Of a stretch of DNA of 64,000 bases, positions 32,336 through 42,610 are shown piece by piece. Origin of the DNA: Williopsis jadinii (taxonomy: Eukaryota); contig AP024664.1 in assembly GCA_024346625.1 (NCBI GenBank), positions 1,736,001 through 1,800,000 on the forward strand, written 5' to 3'. Every line of letters begins with the position of its first letter. The stretch's first letter is position 1. A program made the translations under genes and the position numbers. The notes under the pieces are model-generated. The model was not told where the DNA came from. It did no database searches and was given only the letters and a program-made list of their open reading frames with translations.

Positions 32336-34051
32336 ATGGCTCTCTTACAATCGGTGTACCACCAGATCGTGAAGCACCAGCTGATACGGAGGACCATCAG
32401 GTTCCTCCCGCTGCTGTCCTTAGCGTTGGCAATTGGTGGTGTTGGCTGGCTCTTTGTATTGCCAATGGACGGGCAGTACAGGAACAACTACATCTCAGAG
32501 AACGCTCTGATGCCGTCGCAGGCGTACTCATACTTCCGTGAGTCTGAGTGGAACATCCTGAGAGGCTTCAGGACCCAGATCAACGGCTTTGACGTGGACG
32601 ACGTTGACGGGAACTTGCAGTCGATGAGACTATGGCTGGAGGATATTGGATACAAGACTGCCATCCACGAGTGCGCTGATGGCAAGAAGAACCTGTATGC
32701 GATCTTCCACTCGCCCAGGGGCGATGACACCGAGGCCATCGTGCTCGGTGCTGCGTATGAGAGCTCTGATGGAGCGCTGAACGTTGGCGGACTGAGTCTC
32801 GCTCTGGCATTGGCAAGGTACTTCCGCCGCTGGATTGTGTGGTCGAAGAATATCATCATTGTCATCCCTCAGGACCCTAACGAGTCGCTCAGAGAGTGGG
32901 TCAATGCGTACCATAGCAACCTGGATCTCACGGGTGGAACGATAGAGGCTGCGATTATGATGGACTACCCTTCAAACACCGACAATTTCGAATACGTCGA
33001 GCTGTACTACGAAGGCTTGAACGGTCAATTGCCAAACTTGGACCTGGTCAACACGGCAGTTTGGGTCACGGAGCACGAAGGTCCACGTGTGAGTATCCAA
33101 GGCACTAAGCAACAGGACCTGTATACCAACGATTATTGGTCACGTCTGCGCATTCTGACACATGGGATCATCTCGTTGGCCACTGCCGGTGTTAGAAAGG
33201 GCCATGGAAATGAAGCATTCAGTGGATACAGAATCCAGGCTATCACATTGAAGGCAATAGGCAGAACAGGCCCTTATGACATCACAGTCTTTGGCAGAAT
33301 CCCTGAAGCAGTCTTCAGATCCGTTAATAACCTGCTGGAGAAGTTCCATCAATCTTTCTTCTTCTACCTGCTATTAGCACCAAGACACTTTGTCTCATTT
33401 GGAACCTACTTGCCTTCATCTGGAGCGTTGGTCATTTCATACATCCTGGCATCGTTGCACAAAGTATTCAACAGCCAGTTCGAAGTGTCATACTTATTAG
33501 GATTCGCCATTCAAAGCTCGCTCATCTTTGCAACTACCGTTGTCATTGGGTTCTTCATCTCACTGTTGGCACCTCTTTTGCCCATAGTTATATCATATGG
33601 TCTTATAGCCGCCTTTGCCCTGGTCTCATTCACCCCCCTCTTGGTAAGAGTTGAGGGTAAGAAGGAACTCGTTCCACTGCTCAGATCGACTGCTATCTTG
33701 TTCTTCAGTACCGTGATGTCTTCCCTCCAAGTCCTCAACTTTTCCCTAACGTTTTCCATGGGACTCTTCGCCTTACCATTGACATTTGTGAACGATTCGT
33801 TCCCACAGTGGCTCAACTGCCTCTGTCTTCTTGTTTCAAATCCGTTTGTTTTAGCAATCCCTCTGAGCACCGATTTTGACGGTGGTCTCCAAGAGCTGTT
33901 GCATGGCTTACTCACTGGCTGGAAAGTATTCCACTCTCAAACATGGATAGTGGTCTCCATTGGATGGCTTCCAACATGGCTCACCGTGCTGTACAGCGTA
34001 CTGCTAAAAGATTCCTCAAGATCAACAGAGGATCCTAAAAAGGCAGAATGA
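32336..34051 (+). CDS. GAA1: GPI transamidase subunit Gaa1
   Basis: PMDGQYRNNYISENALMPSQ, PRGDDTEA, GLNGQLPNLDL and RSVNNLLEKFHQSFFFY; first ATG at 32336 (the listed start is TTG). Confidence 0.95.
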   Translation: MALLQSVYHQIVKHQLIRRTIRFLPLLSLALAIGGVGWLFVLPMDGQYRNNYISENALMPSQAYSYFRESEWNILRGFRTQINGFDVDDVDGNLQSMRLWLEDIGYKTAIHECADGKKNLYAIFHSPRGDDTEAIVLGAAYESSDGALNVGGLSLALALARYFRRWIVWSKNIIIVIPQDPNESLREWVNAYHSNLDLTGGTIEAAIMMDYPSNTDNFEYVELYYEGLNGQLPNLDLVNTAVWVTEHEGPRVSIQGTKQQDLYTNDYWSRLRILTHGIISLATAGVRKGHGNEAFSGYRIQAITLKAIGRTGPYDITVFGRIPEAVFRSVNNLLEKFHQSFFFYLLLAPRHFVSFGTYLPSSGALVISYILASLHKVFNSQFEVSYLLGFAIQSSLIFATTVVIGFFISLLAPLLPIVISYGLIAAFALVSFTPLLVRVEGKKELVPLLRSTAILFFSTVMSSLQVLNFSLTFSMGLFALPLTFVNDSFPQWLNCLCLLVSNPFVLAIPLSTDFDGGLQELLHGLLTGWKVFHSQTWIVVSIGWLPTWLTVLYSVLLKDSSRSTEDPKKAE

Positions 34052-34181
34052 TCATGGCTACATCAACTCCCCAAACGTATACAAATCAATAAAAGCGATT
34101 ACCGTTAACATTCTATATTATTCATAAATCAAGACACATGGAGGAGAACCAGTTCACCACCTTTCAGGTAGTTGATCTTGC

Positions 34182-35744
34182 TTAAATCTCAGCATACTTG
34201 TGCATGAACTCCTTGTGGAAAGTAGCCCAGTGTTTAATCCATTCTTCACCTGGAGGCAGGAAAGTGGTTCTAACATGGAAGGTGCCTTCGACTTGACCAA
34301 ATCCAGAACCTGGAACCACACAGATACCAGTTTCCTCCAACAATCTCAAACAGTAAAACTCATCTGGCTTGAGGCCATGGCTCTCAGCAACCTCCTTGAC
34401 AACGTCATTGAGGATGATTCTTGGGAACAGATACATGGCACCTTGTGGCTTTTGAACCTCAATGTTCTCCAATTCTGAGAATGCTTCGTACATGGCTTCA
34501 GCCTTGGACTTGTAGGAATCGTGGATGGCCTTTCTCTCAGCCTGGTCACGTTCGAACGATTCATCGCCCTCTTTTGGTGGGTTCACCATCAGCTCTACAA
34601 GAGCTTGACCAGTGACGACTGGACAAAGGGAGATGGAAGCCAACTTGAGGAAGAGTTGTTTGATCTCTGAGTTGAAGCCCACGAGCTCCATGTAACCTCC
34701 ACGCTGGCCACACTCACCTGAAACTCCCTTAGAGGTGGAGTGCAAGGACGCCAACTGAACGTTCTCAAACTTCTCAGCGTGCTCATTTTGCAATTCTGCA
34801 AGAACGGACTTGAAAGAGAAGAACTCACCGTCAAAGATGTTCTCTTGATAAACCTCATCTGCAATGATCACAAGGCCATTCTGTGCAGCAACTTCAATGA
34901 TCTCTCTGATAGCCTCACGGGTCAGCACAGCACCAGTTGGGTTACCTGGGTTAATCACAACGAGGATCTTTGGAGTGATGCCGAAACTCTTTGCGGATTT
35001 CACGAGCTCATCAATGTGCTCAATATCGGTGGACCACTGTTGTTCCTCTTTCAAGTAATATGGGATTGGGGTAGCGTTCTTGAGAGCCAATGCCGCAGTG
35101 TACAACGGATACTGTGGGATTGGGATCAAGACACCGTTGTCTTTCTCACCAGTCAACAGCACCTCCAACACAGCCTTGACGGCATCGGAGGCACCAGTGG
35201 TTAGGAAGATGTTTGAAGGGTCAGCAAACACACCATTATCACGCTTTTGAATGAAGCGTGCAACGCTGTGACGGACATAGGCGATACCTTGCGAATGTGA
35301 GTAAGCACCGACGCTCTGGGCAGCATTGAGCAGCTTCTGTGCTCTTTCCTTAACGTCGTTGGCGTACAAATCAGCTTCCAAGAGCTTTGGGTTCTGCAAG
35401 ATAGACAGCACCTCTCTGTAGAAGCTTAGAGGTGGTTGCTGTAGCTGCTGAGGGTTACCGATGTTGGCGTTGATGATGCTTTCAAAGGGCAAAGAATCCG
35501 GGTCGCTGGTGAGCTTCTCACGGAGTTCCTCGGCCTTCATTGGAATCAATCCTCTAACGGCGTATTGCGCAGCAACAACGTGTTGGTTCACATCCTTCAA
35601 AGTCACCTTTGGGGCCGGTGTGAAGTCCCTTACTTGTGTGAATTGCTTTAAAGTCTTGGACTTTGTGTGTGTAATAACTCTTGCTGGCATGGTTCTTAGC
35701 AATGGCAGTGTAAATGCCTGTTTGTTTGTGATAATTCTCAACAT
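34182..35744 (-). CDS. ALT1: Alanine aminotransferase, with probable mitochondrial presequence
   Basis: 520 aa; YAVRG, ANIGNPQ, INPGNPTG, ADEVYQEN and the PLP lysine in SLHSTSKG..GECGQRGGY. Confidence 0.95.
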   Translation of the reverse strand: MLRIITNKQAFTLPLLRTMPARVITHTKSKTLKQFTQVRDFTPAPKVTLKDVNQHVVAAQYAVRGLIPMKAEELREKLTSDPDSLPFESIINANIGNPQQLQQPPLSFYREVLSILQNPKLLEADLYANDVKERAQKLLNAAQSVGAYSHSQGIAYVRHSVARFIQKRDNGVFADPSNIFLTTGASDAVKAVLEVLLTGEKDNGVLIPIPQYPLYTAALALKNATPIPYYLKEEQQWSTDIEHIDELVKSAKSFGITPKILVVINPGNPTGAVLTREAIREIIEVAAQNGLVIIADEVYQENIFDGEFFSFKSVLAELQNEHAEKFENVQLASLHSTSKGVSGECGQRGGYMELVGFNSEIKQLFLKLASISLCPVVTGQALVELMVNPPKEGDESFERDQAERKAIHDSYKSKAEAMYEAFSELENIEVQKPQGAMYLFPRIILNDVVKEVAESHGLKPDEFYCLRLLEETGICVVPGSGFGQVEGTFHVRTTFLPPGEEWIKHWATFHKEFMHKYAEI

Positions 35745-37587
35745 TCTCGCAGTAGTGTCACCAGGGTTTAAGAGGAATGGCTGGGTTATTTATACCAATG
35801 ATCAAGTGAAATGTGGGATGTGATATGTCTCTCCACGATCGTAACGGTGTTTTAGCCTTTTGTCCAAAATGACCACTTTGAAATGTCTCGTGTGTCCTAA
35901 AGGTCTTCTCGGAGAAGGTTGAAAAGCTGCAAAAGTCGGGGAATGCACAAAAGGAAGAGGAAACTTTAAAAAAAGAAAAGGAGAAGTAATCCGGGACAAA
36001 AATGCGGTTTTTTATACGGGGTAGTGATCATCGACTCACCGTTGCAGCCAAAAATTTTTATCGCTTACAATCGCAGCTTGGGGACAGAAAACAATGAATT
36101 AGCCACAAGCTACAGGTGATAGAGAACAGGCGCAACAGCGATAGGGTCCAACAGCGGGAATCAAGCGCCGCTCAAGATTACAGAAATTGCCGTTTAGTGC
36201 TGGGGCCTCAGGGCTCAACAGAGTTAAGCACAACAGACCAGTACGGGGGTCGTGTGCCATTTTCCAGGACTGGGTGGCTCAATAAAAATATGAATGAGAA
36301 ATGTCCAAAGCTTGGGCCGGTAATGCCATGATGAATTTAGCGGTTGCGGTTATTTGTCCAGTCTGCTGTGTCATTGCATGACACAATAAGACCTGTCCAT
36401 TTCGCAAAAAAAAAAGAACCACAAAAACACTGCTTTTTGTATTTCTGCACAGGACTAACTAACGTCATTGAACGTTATGGAACTTCGAAATGGCCATTCT
36501 GCAGTTCAGATTTGGCGATCATTAAAACGGTTAAGACCATGAATCTACTAGACCATGATTGAATTTTGAATTGTATTAATTTGTCATTTGTGAGTTGTAA
36601 AGATGCTACAACGCTCTATGAACGTTATCCTTTCCCCCGACTTTCTGTGCTATAAATGCAACGTTGTACATATCGATTTCCCATGGTGCGCCGACAATAG
36701 ATGCTAGAAGTAGACAGTCGTTGTGGTTCGTATTGATGCTTTTCGAAGACCGTGCATTTGACACCAGTCCATTTTGATGCTTGAACCGTGACCACTCAGT
36801 AAGCTAGTACCATATTCAAAAAAATTTTCATGGTAGCGTTAGAGATAAGATAGTCTGTTTTGTAATGTGTGTCCAACTTATTTGAGGGTGTGCATATAAA
36901 TGTTTGGTCTTCAACTGCCTACCAGTCCAGTGGCCACAAGAAGATTGTCATGCAATCAGACATGTGCATTAACCACTCGTGAAAAAATCGATCATGAGTC
37001 AACAAGACATGATCATCTTTTATCAAGCATTAGAGAGCCCAAACAGAAAACTTTTCATCCATCGATGACCAGATATCTCATAAAGTTTAAAAGATCGTTT
37101 CACATACATCGCCGTCATTCAAGCGACTGAAAAGTTTTTTGTAAGCTGAACTACAAGGATGACGTGAGTTAAAGGTGCCTATGCTTGTGCAAGAGAGAAC
37201 CATCTGGAGACCTGACAAACGATAGAAGATGACACATAACTTCTAGTGTAGGACACAAGCACATAAGCCTTAGCATAATGGTACAAGGGGCATACCACCA
37301 CTTATGATTGAAACAGTGTATGGCACGTATTCCGCTTCCTTATAAGTGGCTAATAATTTTCAACATCAGCTAAACCCTATTTGTGTGACTATGTCCTTGT
37401 TCATTCCCCAAGTCATAGAAACATGTAAGATCAACTCCACCACCGTTACGACCCATGGTGCGTGTCCCGAGGCAAAAAAAAGTTTTGAAAATGCGAAAAA
37501 AAACAGACATTAGCCCTAAAGAACATCGGGTAAAGCAATCACTTAAACTCGAAACGTCGCCAACAGGACAAAGCATCACTTCAAGAT

Positions 37588-38991
37588 ATGTCCGGCTACT
37601 CACTTAAAAGAGGCCGTTCGCCTACGCGAGAATCGGCCAATGGACAACCGCCTTCAGAAACTGGTAATTGGAGTACGAGGAATCCGTTGTCCAGGGCCAT
37701 CAACATGCCAACGGTGATCACTGGAGTGCTGACACCGGAACAACTCGATGCCTATCAAATAGTTTACCGTATCGAGGAGATCACACAGAAGATATCTAAC
37801 AATGATATAGTGCCACCACAGAGGCTGTCACGGTCGCCATCACCGCCGCCACAGTACGATTCACACGGTAAGAGAACGAATACAAGGGAACAACGCTACG
37901 AAAAGGCCTTGGAGGACGAGAGACACCACTTGATTGAAATTGCAGCCAGAATCGTACCGCACTACGTTGCGCCAACAGACTATAGAAGACCCAAGTCACT
38001 TGTGGAGAAGTACTTCTTACCTGTCAAGGAGCATCCAGAAATCAACTTCATTGGCCAACTTTTGGGACCAAGAGGTAACACGCTGAGGAAGATGCAGGAG
38101 GAAACAGGGGCCAGGATCGCCATCAGGGGCAAAGGCTCCGTCAAAGAAGGTAAGAATACCAGAGATGATCCACGAAGCGCACACTTGAACGAGCCTTTGC
38201 ACTGTTTGGTTACAGGTGATAACGAGGACAAAGTTGCCGCTGGTATAGCTGCCTGTAAAGAGGTCATAAACAGGGCAATCACTGCACCAGAGGGCCAGAA
38301 TGATTGGAAGAGGGGCCAATTGAGAGAGCTGGCCGCGTTAAATGGTACGCTAAGAGAAGATGACGATCGACCATGTTCCATCTGTGGATTGCGTGGCCAC
38401 AAGAGATGGGAATGTCCGAACCGTGAGAACTACACGTCACAGGTTGTCTGTCGTATCTGTGGTAACACTGGCCATTTTGCAAGAGACTGTAAACTCAAGG
38501 ACAATGCACACGGTTCTTTCAACGTTGAGCAGGAGTTCAACAACATGCTGAGTGATATCAATGCCAAACACTACATGAATGAGGGACCACAGGCCAAGAA
38601 GAGACACATCGATGCTCTGCCACCGCCACTACCACAAGGTAATAGAGCGTCCACTTTGGATCCACGTTCAGGATTGCCACCTCCACCAGGACTGTCTGCA
38701 CCACCAGGACTGTCTGCACCACCAGGGCTGTCAACTGCTTCAGGTGCGCCTCCAGGTATAAGTGCACCTCCAGGCATAAGTGCACCTCCAGGCATAAGTG
38801 CACCTCCAGGTATTGGCGTGCCTCCTGGGCTGACTCCACCTCCTGGCCTTGGTGCACCTCCAGGAATGGCAGCTCCGCCTGGACTGACACCTCCAGCTGG
38901 TATAAGTCCGCCACCTGGACTGGCACCACCAGGTTTAAATGCTCCACCGGGTCTTGCATCACCACCAGCGCCACAGGAAAAGAAGAACTGA
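37588..38991 (+). CDS. MSL5: Branchpoint-binding protein BBP/SF1
   Basis: 467 aa; RSPSPPPQYD, KH domain INFIGQLLGPRGNTL, QUA2 QLRELAALNGTLR, two CCHC knuckles and a PPG-rich tail. Confidence 0.96.
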   Translation: MSGYSLKRGRSPTRESANGQPPSETGNWSTRNPLSRAINMPTVITGVLTPEQLDAYQIVYRIEEITQKISNNDIVPPQRLSRSPSPPPQYDSHGKRTNTREQRYEKALEDERHHLIEIAARIVPHYVAPTDYRRPKSLVEKYFLPVKEHPEINFIGQLLGPRGNTLRKMQEETGARIAIRGKGSVKEGKNTRDDPRSAHLNEPLHCLVTGDNEDKVAAGIAACKEVINRAITAPEGQNDWKRGQLRELAALNGTLREDDDRPCSICGLRGHKRWECPNRENYTSQVVCRICGNTGHFARDCKLKDNAHGSFNVEQEFNNMLSDINAKHYMNEGPQAKKRHIDALPPPLPQGNRASTLDPRSGLPPPPGLSAPPGLSAPPGLSTASGAPPGISAPPGISAPPGISAPPGIGVPPGLTPPPGLGAPPGMAAPPGLTPPAGISPPPGLAPPGLNAPPGLASPPAPQEKKN

Positions 38992-39062
38992 TGGATCGCA
39001 GTAGATGAAATAAAAAGAGTATTAATTTGGTTATTAACAGTATTCTATAGACAGGTATTGTA

Positions 39063-41093
39063 TCACTGCTTGTTTTTTGACCATTTCTTTGCCATCTCCA
39101 AGAATTTACTGGAAACCTTCTTATCATCTGGAAACACGTAATCGTAGTACTCCTGTAGTGAACCGTCATCCAGCGTTCTTGTCTTTGAAACAACAGTTGG
39201 GAGTCGTTCCTCCAGTTTCATTTGTGATACAGAATCACCATGGAGTTCCTCGAATTGTTTATACGCCTCGAAAATAACCAATCTTGGTTCCTTGAGTTCT
39301 TTCTTCTTGAAATGGGATAATGCTTCTTCAAAGATTGAACGACACCTCACTTTGGCGTCTTGTGACACCTCAATTTCAAATTCCAATTCATAATCACCGG
39401 TCTCTTCAACCTTTGCATTGTATTGTTGAATTTGCTCTTCTGAGGGGACAGTAGACTCAAATAATGCACGCTTGATCCAGACTGTGGTGGAATCAATGTC
39501 ACTTTCCAATTGTCTTCTTAGCAAACTTCTGGCATTATCATATTCACCCTGCTCTGATTCAAAGTTTACAAAGTGATCCCATATTTGGGATTTATCATTC
39601 ACAGTTTCAAGCGCTAATTCATACAAGGCCCTTGCTCTATCCAAATCGTTCAATCCACTTTCCAACTCCGCGTATTCAAACCAAACTTTGGGGTCCTGCG
39701 TGAAATTCTCAATATACTTTTCATAAATCTTTCGAACACGATCAAACTCTTTCAGTTTGATCTCCAACGAGATATAAAACTCAAAACTTTTCCTCTTTGG
39801 ATAGGCACCAATACTACGGCCCATGACTTTTCTCGCTCTTGTAACGTCATAATTTTCACAGTTTCTAACCTCAAATTTCGCAAACAAGATCCAAATCTTC
39901 GAAAACGAAAACCCCTTTGGAGTGACTCTTGTGGCTCTTTCATAAACTTCTCTGGCTCTTTGAATCTCACCGTTGAGTTCCTCAAAAATGGCATATTTGA
40001 TCCACAAGAAGATATATCGTTTCCAGTAAGACTTCTCCGATTGTATTGGTGTGTTGGAAACCGCATTTTCGAAAGCCTTCCTTCTTTCGTCGATTGTGTA
40101 ATCCAATTCCAAAAGCGATATATATGCCCACCATGTATCATAGTCATGAGGATCAATAGCCAATTCTGATTCGTATTTCAGTTTCCTCTTGTGGACTATC
40201 GACGTTTCAATACCGTCTTTGTCACCGTACTGTTTTTCAAACTGCGAGAATTGATCCTGAATCCAAGAGGATTCGGGGAAATTCAACAAGCCAAACTTGA
40301 AGATTGCCCTTGATCTTTCCCATTCTTTCTGCTTTGCCTCCCATTGAGCAAAGCTGGTGATCAATTTTTCATCTCGAAGCGAATCTATAGCCACAGTATA
40401 CACTTCTCTAACTGTGTCAGAAGAACCATAATCGTTTTCGAATTTGACCCACTTCAGCCATGTTTGAGACGTGGGGTGAATCACAACGTACTTGTTGAAT
40501 ATCTTCCGCACATTATCAAATTCGTCGTACCTCTTTTCGAAATTAATATAGGCGTCCCACGCAGGACTATCTGGCTCCCACTTCATCCATCTCTTGAACA
40601 CATCTCTTGTACCGTTGACGTTTTGTAGCGCCTCCTCTGTTTGCGCATATCTAAACCAGAACTTATCCACTCTCGGCAACAGTGCAGTAACACGGTCAAA
40701 TAGGTTTCTCGCATGGTTTATGTTCCTCGTCTTCAGCTCAGAATCGATGTAGCGGATCCACATCGGAACGTGGTGGCTATTGATCTCCAGCGCTCTTTCG
40801 AATATCGATCTGGCTCTTCTCATGTCGTGCTGGTCGATCTCAAACTGCGCATACCTCATCCACTGGCCAAAATCCAGCCTGTTTCTCCTGAGTGCATCCT
40901 CGTACTCCTGTCTCTTCCTCCGTTGCATATCGTGGAGCTCCTCCAGGTCTGCAATTCTCACTTGTGTCTTGTTCATGGGCTCACTCTTCCTCTCATACGC
41001 CTCCATGAGAATCTGCTCAGCAGAGATCTGGAACTCTGCTGGCTCTCTGTTTCGTCCTGAATCTCGCTGGCCGTCCATGGTTCCAACCGCCAT
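39063..41093 (-). CDS. CLF1: Crooked-neck-like HAT-repeat splicing factor
   Basis: 676 aa; QISAEQIL, WMRYAQFE..RARSIFERAL and INHARNLFDR HAT repeats. Confidence 0.95.
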   Translation of the reverse strand: MAVGTMDGQRDSGRNREPAEFQISAEQILMEAYERKSEPMNKTQVRIADLEELHDMQRRKRQEYEDALRRNRLDFGQWMRYAQFEIDQHDMRRARSIFERALEINSHHVPMWIRYIDSELKTRNINHARNLFDRVTALLPRVDKFWFRYAQTEEALQNVNGTRDVFKRWMKWEPDSPAWDAYINFEKRYDEFDNVRKIFNKYVVIHPTSQTWLKWVKFENDYGSSDTVREVYTVAIDSLRDEKLITSFAQWEAKQKEWERSRAIFKFGLLNFPESSWIQDQFSQFEKQYGDKDGIETSIVHKRKLKYESELAIDPHDYDTWWAYISLLELDYTIDERRKAFENAVSNTPIQSEKSYWKRYIFLWIKYAIFEELNGEIQRAREVYERATRVTPKGFSFSKIWILFAKFEVRNCENYDVTRARKVMGRSIGAYPKRKSFEFYISLEIKLKEFDRVRKIYEKYIENFTQDPKVWFEYAELESGLNDLDRARALYELALETVNDKSQIWDHFVNFESEQGEYDNARSLLRRQLESDIDSTTVWIKRALFESTVPSEEQIQQYNAKVEETGDYELEFEIEVSQDAKVRCRSIFEEALSHFKKKELKEPRLVIFEAYKQFEELHGDSVSQMKLEERLPTVVSKTRTLDDGSLQEYYDYVFPDDKKVSSKFLEMAKKWSKNKQ

Positions 41094-41240
41094 GCGAATT
41101 CCACGTAGCCGCCCAGTTGTGGTTCAAACTACAACGAAATGTAAACAATGTAAACAGAGAAAAGTTGATATATAAATTTTCCCAATGTTGGTGATAGTTG
41201 CCGCTACACAGTGATTACATAATCAGCACACTCCAGGTAC

Positions 41241-41714
41241 TCAGCACCCACCACGAAGGGTCAACACCAAATGAAGCTGTGCGCCTGGCTCGAGCCTGTG
41301 TTCCTCAACTGTTTGTTCGTCGTTCCTATACCAGTGGTGTTAGTATGGCCGAGCGAGTCGTGTGTGGTGGGCCGCGAGGCCCGTACTCACATGTGCTTTC
41401 CCGTGTAGATGAGCCTCTGCTGTGAAGGAGGAATGCCTTCCTTCTCCTCCAGGATCTCTTTGATACGTAGGATCTTTGTTGATGGTCTGCGTTAGTAGCG
41501 AGCTTCACACTCGGACATGGCGGAAGGGACTTACTTTATCGGTTGGTTCAACGTCAATTGGAATCTGATAGGTGTCAGTACAGCGCCAGACGTTGCCTAT
41601 GAAAGCGTCTCTATACGCACCTCTTTCCCCGTCAATGTCTACTACAGTGTTAGTTTCACGCTTAGAGAGGAGCCTGCCGGCGATGGTTCCACATACCTTC
41701 ACTTTAATTTGCAT
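41241..41714 (-). CDS. RUB1: Ubiquitin-like protein Rub1/NEDD8, five exons, 77 aa
   Basis: Exons 41714-41697, 41638-41621, 41564-41535, 41473-41391 and 41325-41241 give [77 protein letters not shown]. It is divergent from MTQ2, as in S. cerevisiae. Confidence 0.93.
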
Positions 41715-41929
41715 CTCGCTACTATGTTCCTGTACGAGTTATCGTGCTTGTTGTCGGTTTGTTGTGATGTGCTGGTTCTATTATGTAGTTCCCCGTTGTT
41801 TTTTTCCATGTTGTTTCCCTTCCACTGGGACACTTTTTTCTCTCCGCCTAAGAAGGGCTCTACACTCATAGAAGGGAAGAGCCCATCAATCAGAAACAGA
41901 GAAACAGAGAGAGAGATACAGGACATACA

Positions 41930-42577
41930 ATGCTTCCAACCCCAGATGTTGCTGCTGATTATGAAAAGGTCTACGAGCCTGCAGAGGACTCGTTCCTTCT
42001 ACTGGACTGTCTAGAGCAGGAAAAGGACTACATCAACACACACTACAGGTCATCGCCTTTGGTTGTTGAGATTGGAACAGGCTCAGGCATAGTGACGACG
42101 TTTATGCACCAGTCAATCGTACCGAATGGGCTATTTATCACCACAGACGTCAATCCACATGCCTGCTTAGCCTCAAAGGCAACGAGCTTGAAGAACGGTA
42201 GTACTCCATATCTTGACTCAATCAGGTCAGACCTTACAACTGCACTGAGGGACAACATCGTTGATATTCTCATCTTCAACCCACCGTACGTACCTGCGGA
42301 GGAAGTGCCTGATATTCCCAAGTCTGAGGATGCCTATGAATGGCTCGATTTGGCACTGCTGGGTGGCTCTGATGGGATGGTTGTAACCGATAGATTGCTC
42401 GATTCCTTGGGAACGATTCTATCGCCAAACGGTGTAGCATACATCTTATTCTGTGCCAGGAATAAGCCACAACAAGTTGTGGAAAACATGAAACAGAAAG
42501 GTTGGCAATGTGAACATATCATGACTAGAAAGGCCGGATGGGAAGTTCTAAGCGTTTATAGATTCAAACTTTTATGA
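41930..42577 (+). CDS. MTQ2: eRF1 glutamine N5-methyltransferase (HemK family)
   Basis: 215 aa; VYEPAEDSFLLLD, EIGTGSG and FNPPY motifs. Confidence 0.95.
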   Translation: MLPTPDVAADYEKVYEPAEDSFLLLDCLEQEKDYINTHYRSSPLVVEIGTGSGIVTTFMHQSIVPNGLFITTDVNPHACLASKATSLKNGSTPYLDSIRSDLTTALRDNIVDILIFNPPYVPAEEVPDIPKSEDAYEWLDLALLGGSDGMVVTDRLLDSLGTILSPNGVAYILFCARNKPQQVVENMKQKGWQCEHIMTRKAGWEVLSVYRFKLL

Positions 42578-42610
42578 AGAGTAAAAAACAGAAGAACAGT
42601 GATACTGTTT

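Noticed and set aside
38670..38960. Tandem DNA repeats in MSL5
   Set aside because: They encode the ordinary PPG-rich tail of BBP/SF1.
25017..41714. Functional cluster of cullin CDC53 and its modifier RUB1
   Set aside because: They are about 14 kb apart with unrelated genes in between, and each sits in its own conserved synteny block.
41170..41930. Telomerase RNA or other long ncRNA between CLF1 and MTQ2
   Set aside because: Explained by the five-exon RUB1 gene on the minus strand; the listed 165-aa and 99-aa ORFs there look spurious.
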